From: Heptranchias perlo
Taxonomy: Eukaryota
DNA: 64,000 bases
Direction of reading: 5' to 3'
Assembly: GCF_035084215.1 (NCBI RefSeq)
Contig: NW_027139442.1
Span: 1,054,001 to 1,118,000 of the forward strand
The notes under the pieces were generated by a model. That model had not been told where the DNA came from, searched no databases, and saw only the letters and a list, made by a program, of their open reading frames with translations. How positions within the stretch are numbered: the stretch's first letter is position 1; each line of letters begins with the position of its first letter. This document shows positions 26,700 to 39,149 of the stretch, one piece after another. A program made the translations under genes and the position numbers.

Positions 26700-27828
26700 A
26701 TATCTGCGCATGCGTGACTCAGCCCCGCCCCCAGCCTTGGTCGTTGGTGAACGGAAGAGCGCATGTGCGCTCCCCTCCCCCAGCTCGGCCTGTGAGCGCC
26801 ATTCACTCAGTTAGCGGAAGAAGATGGTTCAAAACAGCCGGGAATGGAGAGATCACCGCCCCCGGGGGAACGGAGCAAAGAGCAGCCTCGTTACAGCAGC
26901 TCATCGCTTCGGGACCGTGTCCGCAGATGGGCTCAGAGATCGGCATTGAGTCCGGGGGAAGTTCAGGTGAGTCCGGGGTCTGTTTGTAAGAGGCGGAGTG
27001 GATCAGGAACTGGTCCCGGAACATGGAGAGCGCGGGGGGAGAGGTCATTCTCGGGCTGTGTATGTACAGGGTGTGTCCAGGGTAAGGGAGAGTGAATGGG
27101 AAGAACCTGCTCTTTAAAATCATTGCTGCTTTCTCTCCCCAAACCAGTAGTGAATGTTCCCGGTTTAGTTCCAGTCTCATCCTGTTTGTTGTTATTGGAC
27201 AGTGAAGAGTGGAAACAGAGCCGGACGGTAAGGATGTGGGGAGTTATACAAAGACCACCTATTGCAGGCATCAGGTGAGAAGTTTGAAGGACACATTTTA
27301 AACAGTGGGTGTTTGCTTTTGGTTGAACAGTTAGTCCCCTGGGAGAGCGGATTATGTACAAAGGTCCCTGCCCCATCGTGTAGTCCCATTCATGGACAAT
27401 TGTTGTTAAACAGCCCAACACACCTGGTGTGCAGAAGCTGAGTGCTGCAGTACTGAATTGGAGTCAGACACTGACACTGTTTGTATCGCTGGTTTTCATT
27501 TGTGGATATTCAAAATGATCATTAACAGCTATTAAACTGATCACTTTTGTATTTTCTACCTCACCTGTTCTTGAGTTACAAGACATACTTTTTCTTTCTA
27601 CAGGCACATCCTTGAAGGAGCCAGAAAAAATGTGATATTTCCTCTACCTGCGGCACAAGGAACAGTGCAGCCACCTCCTTCTCACACACAGTAGGTATAT
27701 TATCACTCACGAGCACAGTCACACACACAGGTCATCAGTTCCACAGTCTCAGACATTGGGAGTAGTCAGTCCCGCACTGATCCCAAGTTCCAGAGACGCA
27801 TTTTCAATCCAACAGTCAAACAGAGCAG
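26700..27828 (+). other. Unidentified spliced module, copy A (CpG promoter; exons to 26966, 27203-27274, 27604-27828)
   Basis: NRF1 TGCGCATGCG, TGACTCA, GC box, CGGAAG and AAGATGG motifs. Donors CAG|GTGAGT, CAG|GTGAGA, CAG|GTGAGG; acceptors ggacAG and tttctacAG. Confidence 0.55.
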
Positions 27829-28489
27829 GTGAGGCAGACACTGTTCCATTTCCCCCTAACTCAGTACCGCTGACAGTTAGATACAAAAATCACAGTCCAA
27901 AATCACACTCTCAGATTGAATGGCACTGTGTGAATTTCACAACAGGGCAACATTAGCTCCGAATTAAATACCAGATAGAAATCACATATGGTACCCGATT
28001 GAAAGGTACAGAATGAATCACAATAATGTACACCGAGATTCAAATTGAATACTAGCCCAGAACGCTCACACACATGAATTTAATAAATGAAATATTCATC
28101 CGAAAAGTGTACCATTTGCTACAAATTGCATACAAGTCCAAAACTCTGGTACTGTATCAGCTTGAGAAATGCTGAAAGATAGTAAGCCTGAGAAACAAAT
28201 TAGATACCAGTTCAGAACGCACTCGTCGTATGAGAGTTAAAGAAACAGTATCAATTCTTAGTGCAGCCTGAGCTACACGTTACATACCAATTCCAAAATG
28301 TCACCTCATCAGTTTGCAAGATATATTATCATCCACAATCGTACTCACAGTGATACAGATTTAATCGTAGTCCCAAAGTCACACACATTATCTGATTAAA
28401 ACCTACAGCATCAAATCCTGAAGTGTATCCATATTTACCAATTAAATAAGGAGTAAAACTGTTTAAACATTAAGATATTAAAGCAACAG

Positions 28490-30950
28490 TATTGAACACC
28501 GTAATGTAATCTGAGAGAATAATTATAGACAGATACAGAATGAATATCACATTCAGTCACAGTACAGCGACACAGACACAGAATGAATCCAACACTCAAA
28601 GATGCAAAAGGAATCCCAACCTCTCATACAGTACTAGGGGCTGACAGACACCGAGTTAATCCCAAACTCTCAGATAAAGTACCAGAGATTGAGAGATTCA
28701 GTATGAATCCCATGTTCACACAGTACCAGACACTGAGAGATGCATAAAGAATCCCACACTAACATGCAGTATGAATAACTGCATATTTGGGATGAATTCA
28801 ACACCCACATACAGTACTGGAGACTGTATATAGAGATTGAGTCCCACATTCACATAGAGTAGCAGAGACTGACAGATGCCGAAAGAATCCCACACGGTAT
28901 GAGAGATTGCATACACAGAATGAATCACAAACTCTCACACACATTGCTGACAAGATACAGAATGAATCCCAAACTCACACACAGTACCAGAGACTGACAG
29001 ATAGAGAATTCATATCACTCGCATAGAGTAGCAGAGATTCAGAGATACAGAATGAATGTCTCACTCATGTACAGCATCAGAGGCTGACAGGAACCGAAAG
29101 AATACCCCACACACACAGTTCCAGATTGACAGATACAAAATGATTCCCACACTCACATACAGTACCAGAAAGTGACAGGAACAAAGCGAATCTCACTCAC
29201 AAACAGTACCAGGGACTAACAGATACAGAATGAATCCCACTCTCAGATACCGTACCATAGACACAGAATAACTCCTACACTCACATACAGTCCCAGAAAG
29301 TGAGAGGAACAAAGCGAATCTCACTCACAAACTGTACCAGAGACTGACAGATACATTATGAATCCCTCTCTCGGATACCGTACCATAGACACAGAATGAC
29401 TCCTATATTCACATACAGTACCAGAAAGTGACAGGAACAGAGTGAATCACACTCACACAAAGTACCAGGGATTGAAAGATATAGAATGAATCCCACACTC
29501 ACACACAGTACTACAGTCAGACAGATACGAAATGAATCTCACAATCACATTACTGTAGATTGAGTTACACATTACTTACCAGTCTGAAAATCTCATAGGG
29601 TTTGTTTGAATGATACTCTAAAAATTCCATTAGTGAAGATGGAGCTACACATTACATAGCAATCCAAAAATGCCATAGTGTCAGATTGAAAGATACAGTA
29701 TCAATTCCATTAATGCAGACTGAGCTGCACATTATATACATTCCTAAGTACTCATACACTATTAAACTGAAATATACATTATCAATTCCATTGATACAGA
29801 CAGAACTATACATTAGTCCAAAAATCTCATAAATGATCAGACTGGAAGATCCAATATCAATTCCATTAGTGTAAACTGAGCCATACATTATATTGCAGTC
29901 CAACAATCTCATATATCAGACTCAAAGATACAATATCAATTCCATTAGCACAGACTGAGCTACATGTTACACGCCAGTCCAAAAACCCCAGAATGTCAGA
30001 CTGATAGATGCAATATCAATTCCTTTAGTGCAGGCTGTGCTACACATCACATTCCAGACCAAAAATCTCATACACTATCAGACTGATAGACACTTTATCG
30101 ATTCCATTAGAGCAGGCTGAGCTACACATTACATATCAATCCAAAAATCTCTTACAGCAACAGACTGATAGCGACATTATCAATTCCATTAATCCTAACC
30201 CGAACCCTAATACAGGCTGAGCTACACATTACATACCAGTCAAAAATGTCAAACAGTATCACACTGAGATACAGAATTAATTCCATTATTGCAGACTGAG
30301 CTACACATTACATACCAGTCCAATAATTTCACCGGGAACAGATTGAAAGTTACATTATCATTCACAATAGTGTTCAAAGATTAAGATGTAATATTACTCC
30401 AAAACTCACACACGTCATTTGATTAAAGAAAGTAGAAAAGTTTATCCAAATTCACAAATTAAACACTCGACAAAGAACTGTATATACTTTAAAGAATTAA
30501 AGATGCAGTTTCAAATCCGATACTGCAAACTGAAATAAGAATACGGAATGAATTCAGACTTGCTCATTGTCTCAGAGACCGAATTACAGAATGAATCCCA
30601 CACTCAGATACAGCACCAGAGACTGACAGTTACAGAATTAATTCCACACTCACACACAGTACCAGAGACTGACGGATACAGAATTAATCGCACATTCACA
30701 TACAGCACCATAGACAGGCATTTACAGAATGAATCCCTCACTCATATATAGCAGCAGAGATTAACAGATACGGAATGAATCCCACACTCACATCCAGTAC
30801 CAGAGACTGACAGTTACAGAATCAATCCCACACTCACACACATTACCAGAGACTGAGAGATACAGACTGATTCCCACATTCATTTGCAGTACCAGAGAGT
30901 GAAAGATACAGAATGAATGTCAAACTCACATACAGGACCAAAGACTGAGA
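28490..30950. repeat. Composite satellite block (46-bp and about 82-bp units), inverted relative to the later blocks
   Basis: Arrays of (cagtaccagagactgacagatacagaatgaatcccacactcaca..) flank an array of (cagactgagctacacattacataccagtccaaaaatctc..). Confidence 0.9.
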
Positions 30951-31500
30951 TTCAGAATTGCTGCTTTACTCGGTCATCATTCTTTGAATCTGATGGAGAA
31001 ATTGAAAGAAAGTCAGTGAAACTGCCCAATTTTAATGTTTGTCTCCGTAGAATTTACTGCCCAATAAAGTGAACACGGGTCCGGGGTCCATTCAATTCCC
31101 CTTTTGCTTTGCTCTCGCTCTCATTCAGATTTACACTGCCCCCGGTTTTCCCGTTAACCACCACTTTCAGGGCTAAGAATCAGAATTTAGTTACTTCCTC
31201 TTTCTCACTGTGGAGCCAATCTCTGAAATAATTAATTACTGATGTTAATATCCCGCATATTAGCAGCACGTTCCCCGCAGTGTAACAATGCAGAATGAAT
31301 GATTGGAGAAAAGAATCGGCACATTTTAAGGCTTCGTCAATGATTCCGTTTTCAGGACACACGGTTTCTGTTCAGTCCCTGCAACGGAATCAATCGATAA
31401 CGTGTAATTTGTTATTTTTACAGGTAGAAGTGAAATTTGTCCATATCAGCAATCTTTGAATGGGGTTTTATTCCGCAAGTGATAGACAATGTGTTTTTAA

Positions 31501-32083
31501 AACGGACACCGCGCAACAATCGCCAAACAGGAGGGTTCCCTCCCAGTCGGGGAACACTTCAGCAGTCATGGACATTCATCCACCGACCTTCGGGTAAGCG
31601 TACTCCAAGGCGGCCTTCGAGACACACGACAACGCAAAATCGTCGAGCAGAAATTGATAGCCAAGTTCCGCACCCATGAGGACGGCCTCAACCGGGATCT
31701 TGGGTTCATGTCACGCTACACGTTACCCCACCAGCGAACAAATGTTATCTGTTTTTAATATAATGGGTCTGCCTTCCGGATGTTTCTGCCTCTCTCTGTG
31801 TTTTTTTTTCTCTGCTTTTTTTTCCCTGTTTGTTTTTTTGTTGAATGTGTATTCGGAGGTTCTGCAGGTAACACCTCTCTGTCTGAACACGGTGATTGCC
31901 TTGGCAACGGGCAGTTGCAGGGGCAGTCTGTAAACACCATGTATTATTGTTCAATATGTATAAATGCGTAGGCTTCAAGGAGATCTTGAAACATTTGCCT
32001 GAGGAAGGAGAAAATCTCCGAAAGCTTGTGAATTTAAAATAAAATTGCTGGACTATAACTTGGTGTTGTAAAATTGTTTACAA
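31501..32083 (+). mobile_element. Penelope-like element 3' fragment (GIY-YIG C-terminus and pLTR), TSD TTTTTAAAAC
   Basis: 31501-31758 reads NGHRATIAKQEGSLPVGEHFSSHGHSSTDLRVSVLQGGLRDTRQRKIVEQKLIAKFRTHEDGLNRDLGFMSRY. Flanking direct repeats at 31494-31503 and 32084-32093. Confidence 0.9.
31993..32033 (+). ncRNA. Minimal type I hammerhead ribozyme in the pLTR
   Basis: Stem I ATTTGC/GTGAAT, core CTGAGGA, stem II GGAGA-aaa-TCTCC, GAAA, palindromic stem III AGCT. Predicted cut after CUU (32027|32028). Confidence 0.78.
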
Positions 32084-32821
32084 TTTTTAAAACAGCGCTC
32101 GGAATTTGGAACATGTAATACGGAATAACATTATTACAAAGAGATTTTAAGTCTTTGTCTAAAAGCGACATGGCCGAGTAATTCACTTATTTCATAAACT
32201 GAAATTGGCGGCTTTTTTCAAATTTAAAAAAAATCGGTCAATTGGGCCAATAATTTGCTCTGTTTTCTTATTGTCGTCTCTCCGATTCGTTAAGGAATTT
32301 GGTTTTCAAACAAAGCAACCAATGAGAAGTAGCCTCTATTTCCAGCGGGCTTTGCCAGTTGGGCCTGTGGTAATTCCAGGTCCCCAATGACGGAGTTCAA
32401 ACGGTTCAATTTCACAAACCCTCTCAGTATCAGTGTCAGAACAACCGTCAGAGGGAAAATCCATATCACAAGCTGGGCCCTTATCACAGCGGCTCAGCTG
32501 AACCTGTTCTCCCATGGAAACCCCCGGTCCCACATCACAATATCTGACTGATAAATGCAACCAAAACAGAGCGAATGGAGTGAAGGAGCATTTCACCGAG
32601 GGGGAATGCATGTCCGGGTAAACTCACTTGTAACGTTCCCTGGACAATTCAGTGCATTCAAGAAGGGAAATTTTCCTCTCAGTAACCGGTGCAGCACACC
32701 GCCGATCCCACGTCACCGTTCTGTGTGTCACAGAAAACTCCTTAATTATAAAACTATTCCGTAGCCCCACATATCCCCGCACCAGTTCCCAGGTCAGTGC
32801 TCTCTCTGTGAGGCGGTGGTT

Positions 32822-32837
32822 GGCTCTTAGAAGAGCC
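32822..32837 (-). terminator. Histone 3' stem-loop (H4)
   Basis: GGCTCTTCTAAGAGCC on the minus strand with a downstream GAGAGAGC HDE. Confidence 0.92.
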
Positions 32838-32872
32838 TTTGTTTTGTGTTCGGTTAGAAAGGGTCGAGTTGT

Positions 32873-33193
<321 letters not shown>

Positions 33194-33424
33194 TCACTCA
33201 GATCGCTGCTGAATGAAAGACTCTCGCCTTTCTTCTGTATTTCTAAAGCCCGCCCCGACCTGGTTGAGATAGGCACATTATCGGAGAGGCCGGGGAGGAG
33301 TGTCTGAATGAAAGACAGAGCATGAAGTGCGGGAGGGGAGGAGCCTGGCTCAGAATGACGGACGAGAAGACGTGCAACTTCAAGCTCCGCCTCCAGCAAT
33401 TAGTTACCGTCCTTTATAAAATTA

Positions 33425-33480
33425 GTGAATTTAAAATAAAATTGCTGGACTATAACTTGGTGTTGTAAAATTGTTTACAA
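33425..33480 (+). mobile_element. 56-nt Penelope pLTR tail insertion, TSD TTATAAAATT
   Basis: Identical to 32028-32083; direct repeats at 33414-33423 and 33481-33490. Confidence 0.9.
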
Positions 33481-33779
33481 TTATAAAATTTTCACCAGCA
33501 TCAAATAGGAAATACAAATTCAGACACAATCCTTACAGACTCCGGCATGATATTCAAGGATTTCCAGAAAAAAAGGCGGAATATATCATTTAAATTCAAT
33601 AAATGAGGCACACTACAGTTCCAATACAATCACTATCATAATAAAATCAATCAATGCCGCTACGGAACCGTTGGAAGAGGGACAGTTTTAGTTTTCAGAT
33701 TTGTCGCTGACAGGAGGCGCCCAATAGTTTAATAAACATAAATCGGTGTGGAAGGCACTCTATACCTTTCCGTACTTGG

Positions 33780-34425
33780 GTCAGTATGGGACTGGATAGA
33801 ATCAGGCACTGGGATGGATGGAGAATGATCCTGTGCGGGGACTGGATAGAATCAGGCACTGGGATGGATGGAGACTGGTCCTGTGTGGGGACTGGATAGA
33901 TTCAGGTCCTGGGATGGACAGAGACAGTTCCTGTGTGGGTACAATGTGTTTATTAGAGCTGAAGTCTTTGGGGACACGACAGATTCAGGGAACGGAATGG
34001 ACAGACCCAGGTCCTGTTTGGGGACTGGATAGATTCAGGTATTGCATGGACAGACCCAGGTCCTGTGTGGGGACTGCAGTGATTCAGGGACCGGGATGGA
34101 CAGAGACAGGTCCTGTGTGGGTAAAATGAGTTTAATTAGAGCTGAGGTCATTGAGGACTGGATAGATTCAGGGACATGGATGGATGGAGATTGGTCATGT
34201 GTGGCTATTATGAATTGAATTAGAGCTGGAGTCAGTGTGAAATTGGATCGATTCAGGTACCGGGATGGACAGACCCAGGTCCTGTGTGGGGACTGGATAG
34301 ATTCAGGGACCGGGATGGACTGACCCAGATCCTGTGTGGGGACTGGATAGATTCAGTGGTCGGGATGGACAGACCCAGGTCCTGTTTGGGGACTGGATCG
34401 ATTCAGGGACCGGGATGGACAGAGA
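33780..34425. repeat. Minisatellite, 50-bp unit (gggactggatagattcagggaccgggatggacagacccaggtcctgtgtg)
   Basis: Period 50 (34291 vs 34341), about 10 copies with short inserts. Confidence 0.9.
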
Positions 34426-34439
34426 CTTCTCCCTGGCCA

Positions 34440-34780
34440 CTGTGTGAGCCGGAATATGACCGTTCGCAACCTTTGTGTCCTATCTGACCCTGAGATGAGC
34501 ATCCGACCACATATCCGCTCCATCACCAAGACATAATTCCACCTTTGAAACATCGCGCGTCTCCGCCCCTGCCTCAGCTGATCTGGTGCTGAAACCCTCA
34601 TCCATTCCCTTGTTACCTCCAGACTTTGCTGTTCCAATGCTCTCCTGGTCAGCCTCCGATCTTCCACGCTCTGTAAACATGAACTCCTCCAAATCTCCGT
34701 TGCCCTATTCTAACTCCCTCCAACTCCCGTTCACCTGTCACCCATGTGTTCGGTGACTTACATTGGCTCCCATTCCTTTA
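34440..34780 (+). mobile_element. L2 LINE RT C-terminal relic
   Basis: Reads VRNL.V..D...S.RPHIRSITK...IARLRPCLS...AETLIH..VTSRL..SNALL, typical of L2 ORF2. Confidence 0.75.
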
Positions 34781-34882
34781 ACCGCTATAATGATGTAATA
34801 TATCAACGTAGACCGGGGACAACTGTGATCAATAGGTCAGTCTCTTCAGACAGTAACCAGCCCTTTCACAGATACCGTGGGT

Positions 34883-34898
34883 GGCTCTGAAAAGAACC
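34883..34898 (-). terminator. Histone 3' stem-loop (H2A), one G-U pair
   Basis: GGTTCTTTTCAGAGCC on the minus strand. Confidence 0.88.
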
Positions 34899-34929
34899 TT
34901 TGGGTTTATCAGATTAAATCTTGGCCGAT

Positions 34930-35379
<450 letters not shown>

Positions 35380-36292
35380 TCATACCTTCTGGTGGTATAA
35401 AGTGGGGGCACTTGTAATTGGTCAATCTGTTGTCAATCTCATTGGTTTAGCGAACAGCCCAATCAGAGAGCTGTTTTATTCGCCAATCAATAGCCGGCAA
35501 TGAGAAAAGGGCGGAAAATACCGAACTGAACCGTTTTTTTGAAATTTGAAAAGCCCGCCAAAATATTTGTAACACAAGAAGCGGATTTAGTAAATAATGT
35601 CGCCTTAAGACAAAGATTAAAAAATCTCTCTCCTTTTACTCTGTTATTGCACATTTCCCGTCACAACTTCCAGAATCTTTTACAATCCGTTTAAAATCCG
35701 GCTCCCTTCACCGTTCGCTTTCAATCCGGCGGGAATAAAGTCCCATTTTGTAACGGGGCAGATTCCAGCTCAATCTTTGTAAAAGTAACAAACCACAGAT
35801 TGTGGATTGATGCCTGTTCACTGGAGCTGCAGCGCGATCGAAACCGGAGCCGAGACTCCTGGTGTAAGAAGCCGAACAGTGACAGAGCCTTTAGACTATT
35901 CTGTACTCGGTGTGACGTCCCTTTCAGGGTTGCTGCATTTCAAAGATTGCGGTTCTGAAAGTGATATTCCAGAATAATGAACAAACAAACGTGAAAAGGA
36001 GAAAGAAATGACGTCTAATCCATCGCTTTAAGACGGCTATGAAGGGGCAGACGCGGGGGAAGGGGCGTAATATGAACGGGAATGAGAGGATCAGGGACAC
36101 GTTTTTGGTTATTGGAACTAAATAGAAAGCGACACATAGATTATACCTGGCAGTGATTATGAGAATCTTCCAGATTTCAAGAGAAATTAGAAAAGCACAA
36201 GAGTTATAGAGAGACAGTTAGTATCAAACTATCTACAGTAAAATGATTCCATACAGAGGGGTCGGTACAGCGTCTTCAGAGAGACTGTGGGT

Positions 36293-36308
36293 GGCTCTTA
36301 AAAGAGCC
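36293..36308 (-). terminator. Histone 3' stem-loop (H2B)
   Basis: GGCTCTTTTAAGAGCC on the minus strand. Confidence 0.92.
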
Positions 36309-36343
36309 TTTGTGTTTATTTTTTTTCAGTTGATTGTGGAGTT

Positions 36344-36718
36344 TTACTTGGAGCTGGTGTACTTGGTCACCGCCTTTGTCCCTTCCGACACGGCGTGTTT
36401 GGCCAGTTCTCCGGGCAGCAACAGGCGCACAGCGGTCTGGATCTCCCGGGAGCTGATGGTGTGGCGTTTATTATAATGGGCCAGGCGGGAAGCCTCACCC
36501 GCGATGCGCTCGAAAATATCGTTCACAAAGGAGTTCATGATGCTCATGGCCTTTGAGGAGATGCCGGTGTCGGGGTGAACCTGCTTCATCACTTTGTAGA
36601 CGTAGATGGAGTAACTCTCCTTCCTCGACTTTCTCCGCTTCTTGCCGCCCTTGGCTGGTGCTTTACTTAAGGTTTTCTTGGCGCCCTTCTTGGGAGCTGC
36701 TTTCTTGTCCTCAGGCAT
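36344..36718 (-). CDS. H2B: Histone H2B (124 aa)
   Basis: [12 protein letters not shown]...[10 protein letters not shown]. Upstream TATTTAA, octamer variant CTCATTAGCAT and CCAAT boxes. Confidence 0.98.
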   Translation of the reverse strand: MPEDKKAAPKKGAKKTLSKAPAKGGKKRRKSRKESYSIYVYKVMKQVHPDTGISSKAMSIMNSFVNDIFERIAGEASRLAHYNKRHTISSREIQTAVRLLLPGELAKHAVSEGTKAVTKYTSSK

Positions 36719-37169
36719 CTCAAAACTCAATTTCAGACCCAGAAATGACACAAATCCAATCCGAGCTCGGATTAAATAGGCAGCCCCACAACCCGATGCT
36801 AATGAGGGATGGTGGAAGGCAATGATTGTGATTGGGTCATTGGGAGTGATAAACGTCACCTTTTCCTTTCACTCTCTGATAGGTTTCTTCAGATATCCAA
36901 TCAGATTCAGTATCTGCCACCAATCACAAACACGCTCACACTGCACATTGTCCGGTTTGAGCAATTTGTTCCGAACTGTTGCAGTTCTGCTTCCGGCCAA
37001 TAGATGTCCCCAAACCCCTGACATTGAAGTTTGCAGATGAGAGAGGGGCAGAAGATAAACTCATTCTTCACATTATATTGCACGAGTGGGATTCAGAGAA
37101 ACTGGGAATGGAGAACATTTTGTTGGAGCAAACATTTGTTGTAATGTCGTGTGAAATGCTTGTAATTAT

Positions 37170-37830
37170 TTAGTGGGTATAGCCTATACTGAGGAAGAAT
37201 CTAACAAAATTCAAGAAGACTTTAATAAACTTGCTGAAAGGCGGTGTAAATGGCCATTGAATTTCCATATTGAAATGTGTGACGTGGTGCATTTTGCTCG
37301 GGGGAATAAGGAGGCCACATCCTGCTTGGAAAACAAGAGTCTAAATGGGGTCGAAGAGCAAAGGAATTTAGGGGTACAGATTGACAAATCATTAAAGTAG
37401 CAACACAGGTTGATAATGTCATAGAAAACAAACACAGAGGTTTATTTCTAAAGGAACAGAATTGAAAAGGAGATAAGTTCTGTTGAACTGTAAATTAAAC
37501 TGTCAAACCTTCTGTCAAACTATTAAACCTTCCCTTTCTGAAATCCGTGCTGACGATTCCTTATTATATTTTCGGTTTCTAGATGTTTATCGACTGCATC
37601 ATTGAGTGAAGGATTCCATGATCATCCCCACCACCGACCTTTCGTTAACTGGTCTATAGTTCCCTGCACTTGTTCTATCTCCTGTTTTAAAATATAACAA
37701 TCCCATTAGCTGTCATCCAGTCCTTTGGCACTATTCCATTTTGTGATGATTTTGTCTATATATGTAACAGTGCCTCTGCTATCTCTTCCCTTGCTTCATT
37801 TAATATGCACGGATACAATCCATCAGGACC
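37170..37830. mobile_element. Old CR1 fragments in the spacer (duplicated at about 55750-56400; partial at 42370-42545 and 60680-60850)
   Basis: IQED.NKL.E...KW.LNF..E.C.VVHF peptide remnants. Confidence 0.7.
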
Positions 37831-38332
37831 AGTTTAACCACCCTTTCTAACTTAAATGTCTTGATATCTTTATTGACCTCTTCCTTTAATATCATGTTCA
37901 CCCTGTTAAACTCCCGGGTAAATATGAGCAAAGTAACAATTCAATATTTCTGCTATTTCGCTGACGTTACCTGTGAGTTTATCTTGTGCATCCCTCAGTG
38001 GCACTCAAACTATTCTGATTTTCATTTTGTTATTTTTGTGTCTGTCGAAAAATTTATTATTTCTTTTCATATTCCTTGATAATTTGATTTCGTGGTTCCT
38101 GTTTTCTTCCCTAATTGTTTTTGTGACTTCTTCCTAACCTCTTCCTATTTGCTTTTGTCATCCTTTTATTTAATATCTATGAATGAGAAATTCCACCAGC
38201 TTGTTGTGTCTGTTCAGGGGCTGATGTTTGGGAACTATTTATTGTCTGTGATTAAAGTACCAAAAACCCAAAGGGCGCAATTCAGTGTGAAACTCCACAG
38301 AAACACTCCACTTCTCTCTCCTCGTGAAATAA

Positions 38333-38400
38333 GGCGCTATAATGGTGAGTAAAGCTGCCTTCCAAACAGTTAATTCCAACAGGTTTGAATCCCAGCACGC
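38333..38400 (+). pseudogene. Degenerate tRNA-Gly(TCC) relic
   Basis: tataatggtgagtaaagctgccttccaaacagtt...ggtttgaatccc resembles the D arm, anticodon arm and B box of tRNA-Gly-TCC. Confidence 0.65.
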
Positions 38401-38685
38401 TGAATTCAGAAACACCAAGACTGGAACCGAATTTGATGATGTTCAGAGGGATAGTGTTTCCAAAACACAAACGGGTCTAATTTATATCATAAAAATATTT
38501 TAAATATTCATTTATTTCCCCCATAACGTTGAATTTAACTTTGTTCCTTTGTATTATTATTTCTCCTGATCTGTACAGTGGACACAGGACACAATTGCCC
38601 GGATTCAGTGAAATTAATTGATTTTCTGAAGTTTTTCCCTCTGCAGATTCCAGTTCCTTATTTAAATTATGTCGGATTAACCTTT

Positions 38686-38790
38686 CTGATCTATAGAAGG
38701 GTCATTGACCTGAACCGTTAACCCGAGCTTCCCTTCTCCACAGATGCTGCCGGACCTGCTGAGTCTTTCCAGCATTTTCGGTTTTAATTT
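38686..38790 (+). mobile_element. Terminal fragment of a second Penelope-type family with a degenerate hammerhead (copy at 57238-57340)
   Basis: ctgat[ctata]gaagggtc-att-gacctgaaccgtta...acagatgctgc.ggacctgctgagt.tttccagcattttc. Confidence 0.55.
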
Positions 38791-39149
38791 TTTCTATGTT
38801 TTATCCCTTTCACTTTTGACGGTCATTGGAACTTCCAGATTTGCGCTCAGTTTTTATTTGTGTTTCAGTTCGGTTTATTTGAATTAATATAAATCGTGTC
38901 CTGAGAAATCAGACAGAAATATTGCGCAATGTAGAGTGAAACATAATGGGGCAACTTTCGAATGAGCAAAGCAAGAACATTATTATGAATCAATTGTCTT
39001 CATTTTCACTGACAAAATATGAAAAATTACGAGAGCAGAAGTTACAGAGAGAAACTATTTCCTCCCATTGCACATTGTCCTGAATCTGTATCAACGACAG
39101 ATAATGTGAATTTGTTCCACTCTGTTACAGTTCTCCCTTACAGCCAGTC

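Noticed and set aside
27275-27603. Possible snoRNA in the introns of the spliced module
   Set aside because: I found no convincing C/D box pair with a terminal stem and no H/ACA double hairpin by eye; an Infernal/Rfam scan is needed to exclude it.
38686-38720. Second active hammerhead ribozyme
   Set aside because: The CUGANGA box is interrupted by about 5 nt and GAAA is mutated (GAAC or GAAT) in both copies; relic only.
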